Made by a program: the position numbers and the translations under genes. DNA of 63,579 nt, the filler included, from Octopus bimaculoides (Eukaryota): the NCBI RefSeq assembly GCF_001194135.2. It is 8 parts of 8 records of this genome, joined end to end, with 100 filler letters (N's around TTAATTAATTAA, not from the genome) between each part and the next. Parts side by side here need not be neighbours in the genome. Positions count along the whole stretch, not along the records: positions 43,152 to 63,579 come from NC_068987.1; 7 more parts are not named here. One strand, given 5' to 3'. Shown here in pieces: positions 62,860 through 63,579 of this stretch. The notes under the pieces were generated by a model, which had not been told where the DNA came from, did no database searches, and was given only the letters and a program-made list of their open reading frames with translations. Every line of letters starts with the position of its first letter. Positions within the stretch are counted from its first letter, which is position 1.

Positions 62860-63075
62860 TTGGTATTTATGGGAGCAACTGTCTTCGAAGACACATGCTG
62901 TCGCTAAATGCTCGAAATGGGGAGTAGATAGACAGCTGACAACTGACGAAGGGCCATTCTTTATGTTACTTGTCCTGTTTTCCATTTTTTCTCTCGTTGT
63001 TTGCGTATTTAACTCATTTGTTTTCGTATTTCCTGTTGTTTACTGTTTGTGACGTCCTGTACCTATATATGCATA

Positions 63076-63109
<34 letters not shown>

Positions 63110-63130
63110 CATATTTTTATACGTCTCTCT
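62860..63130 (+). mobile_element. Solo copy of the pseudo-LTR family seen at 35290-35605
   Basis: gggagcaactgtc...tgctcgaaat...aactgacgaagggcc..ttatgttacttgtcctgttttccatt...gtgacgtcctgtacc matches the 35295-35520 block. Confidence 0.75.
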
Positions 63131-63183
63131 CTATATATATTTATATATGTATATGTATATTTATATATATATATATATGTTTT

Positions 63184-63579
63184 GGCACTGTTTTGGGACC
63201 ATTACTGTTCATAATGGCCCTCTCAGACATGCCTTCAGCCACAGAGAGCCACGGTCACAAGTTATGCAGATGACACAAAAGTCTCACAGGTAATACAGAA
63301 CCCTGAAGACATTATGCACCTGCAATGTGAGCTGGATGAAATATACAAGTGGGCTGAAAAGAATAACATGCAGTTTAATGCTGAAAAGTTTCAAGCCTTA
63401 TGCTATCAGCATGCAAGACTAAATGCAGAACCCATGAAATACACTGGACCTGGAGGGACTGCAATCCCAGAGGCAGAGACAGTGCGAGACCTGGGCATTT
63501 ACATGAGTAATAATGCATCCTTTCATGTTCATGTTGCTAAATTGTCAATGAAATGCAGGCGACTGACCGGATGGATTCT
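63184..63579 (+). mobile_element. CR1/L2-type LINE RT fragment (continues beyond the window)
   Basis: GTVLGPLLFIMALSDMP / VTSYADDTKV (YADD at 63263-63274)..WAEKNNMQFNAEKF..VRDLGIYMS. Confidence 0.92.

Overview
AT-rich, gap-ridden, repeat-saturated animal DNA with no host-gene exon that I can recognise. Attribution to a cephalopod (octopus-like) genome is inference from the repeat landscape and is unchecked. Identifiable coding sequence is transposon-derived: Penelope-like elements (PLE; RT + GIY-YIG) from at least two lineages, R4/Dong-type non-LTR elements (one near full length, RT + restriction-like endonuclease, sitting in TAA tracts), CR1-type and RTE-type LINE pieces, and Tc1, mariner and hAT transposase relics. 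Non-coding repeats include about 20 copies of one tRNA-type SINE, several other SINE families, hAT, piggyBac-like and Merlin-like MITEs, a Helitron-like end and many microsatellites. Most ORFs in the supplied track are microsatellite or N-gap artefacts. Two observations stand out. (1) Six hammerhead-ribozyme cores from five unrelated repeat contexts lie in PLE-type pseudo-LTR or inverted structures, including a tRNA-headed, hammerhead-carrying SINE-like unit with 31-bp terminal inverted repeats (17029-17321). (2) A 756-bp foldback DNA transposon with a perfect 8-bp TSD carries mirror-image (TTAGGG)n-(CCCTAA)n arrays that mimic a telomere fusion (43626-44381). All alignments and folds were done by eye, and family labels A-G are my own.
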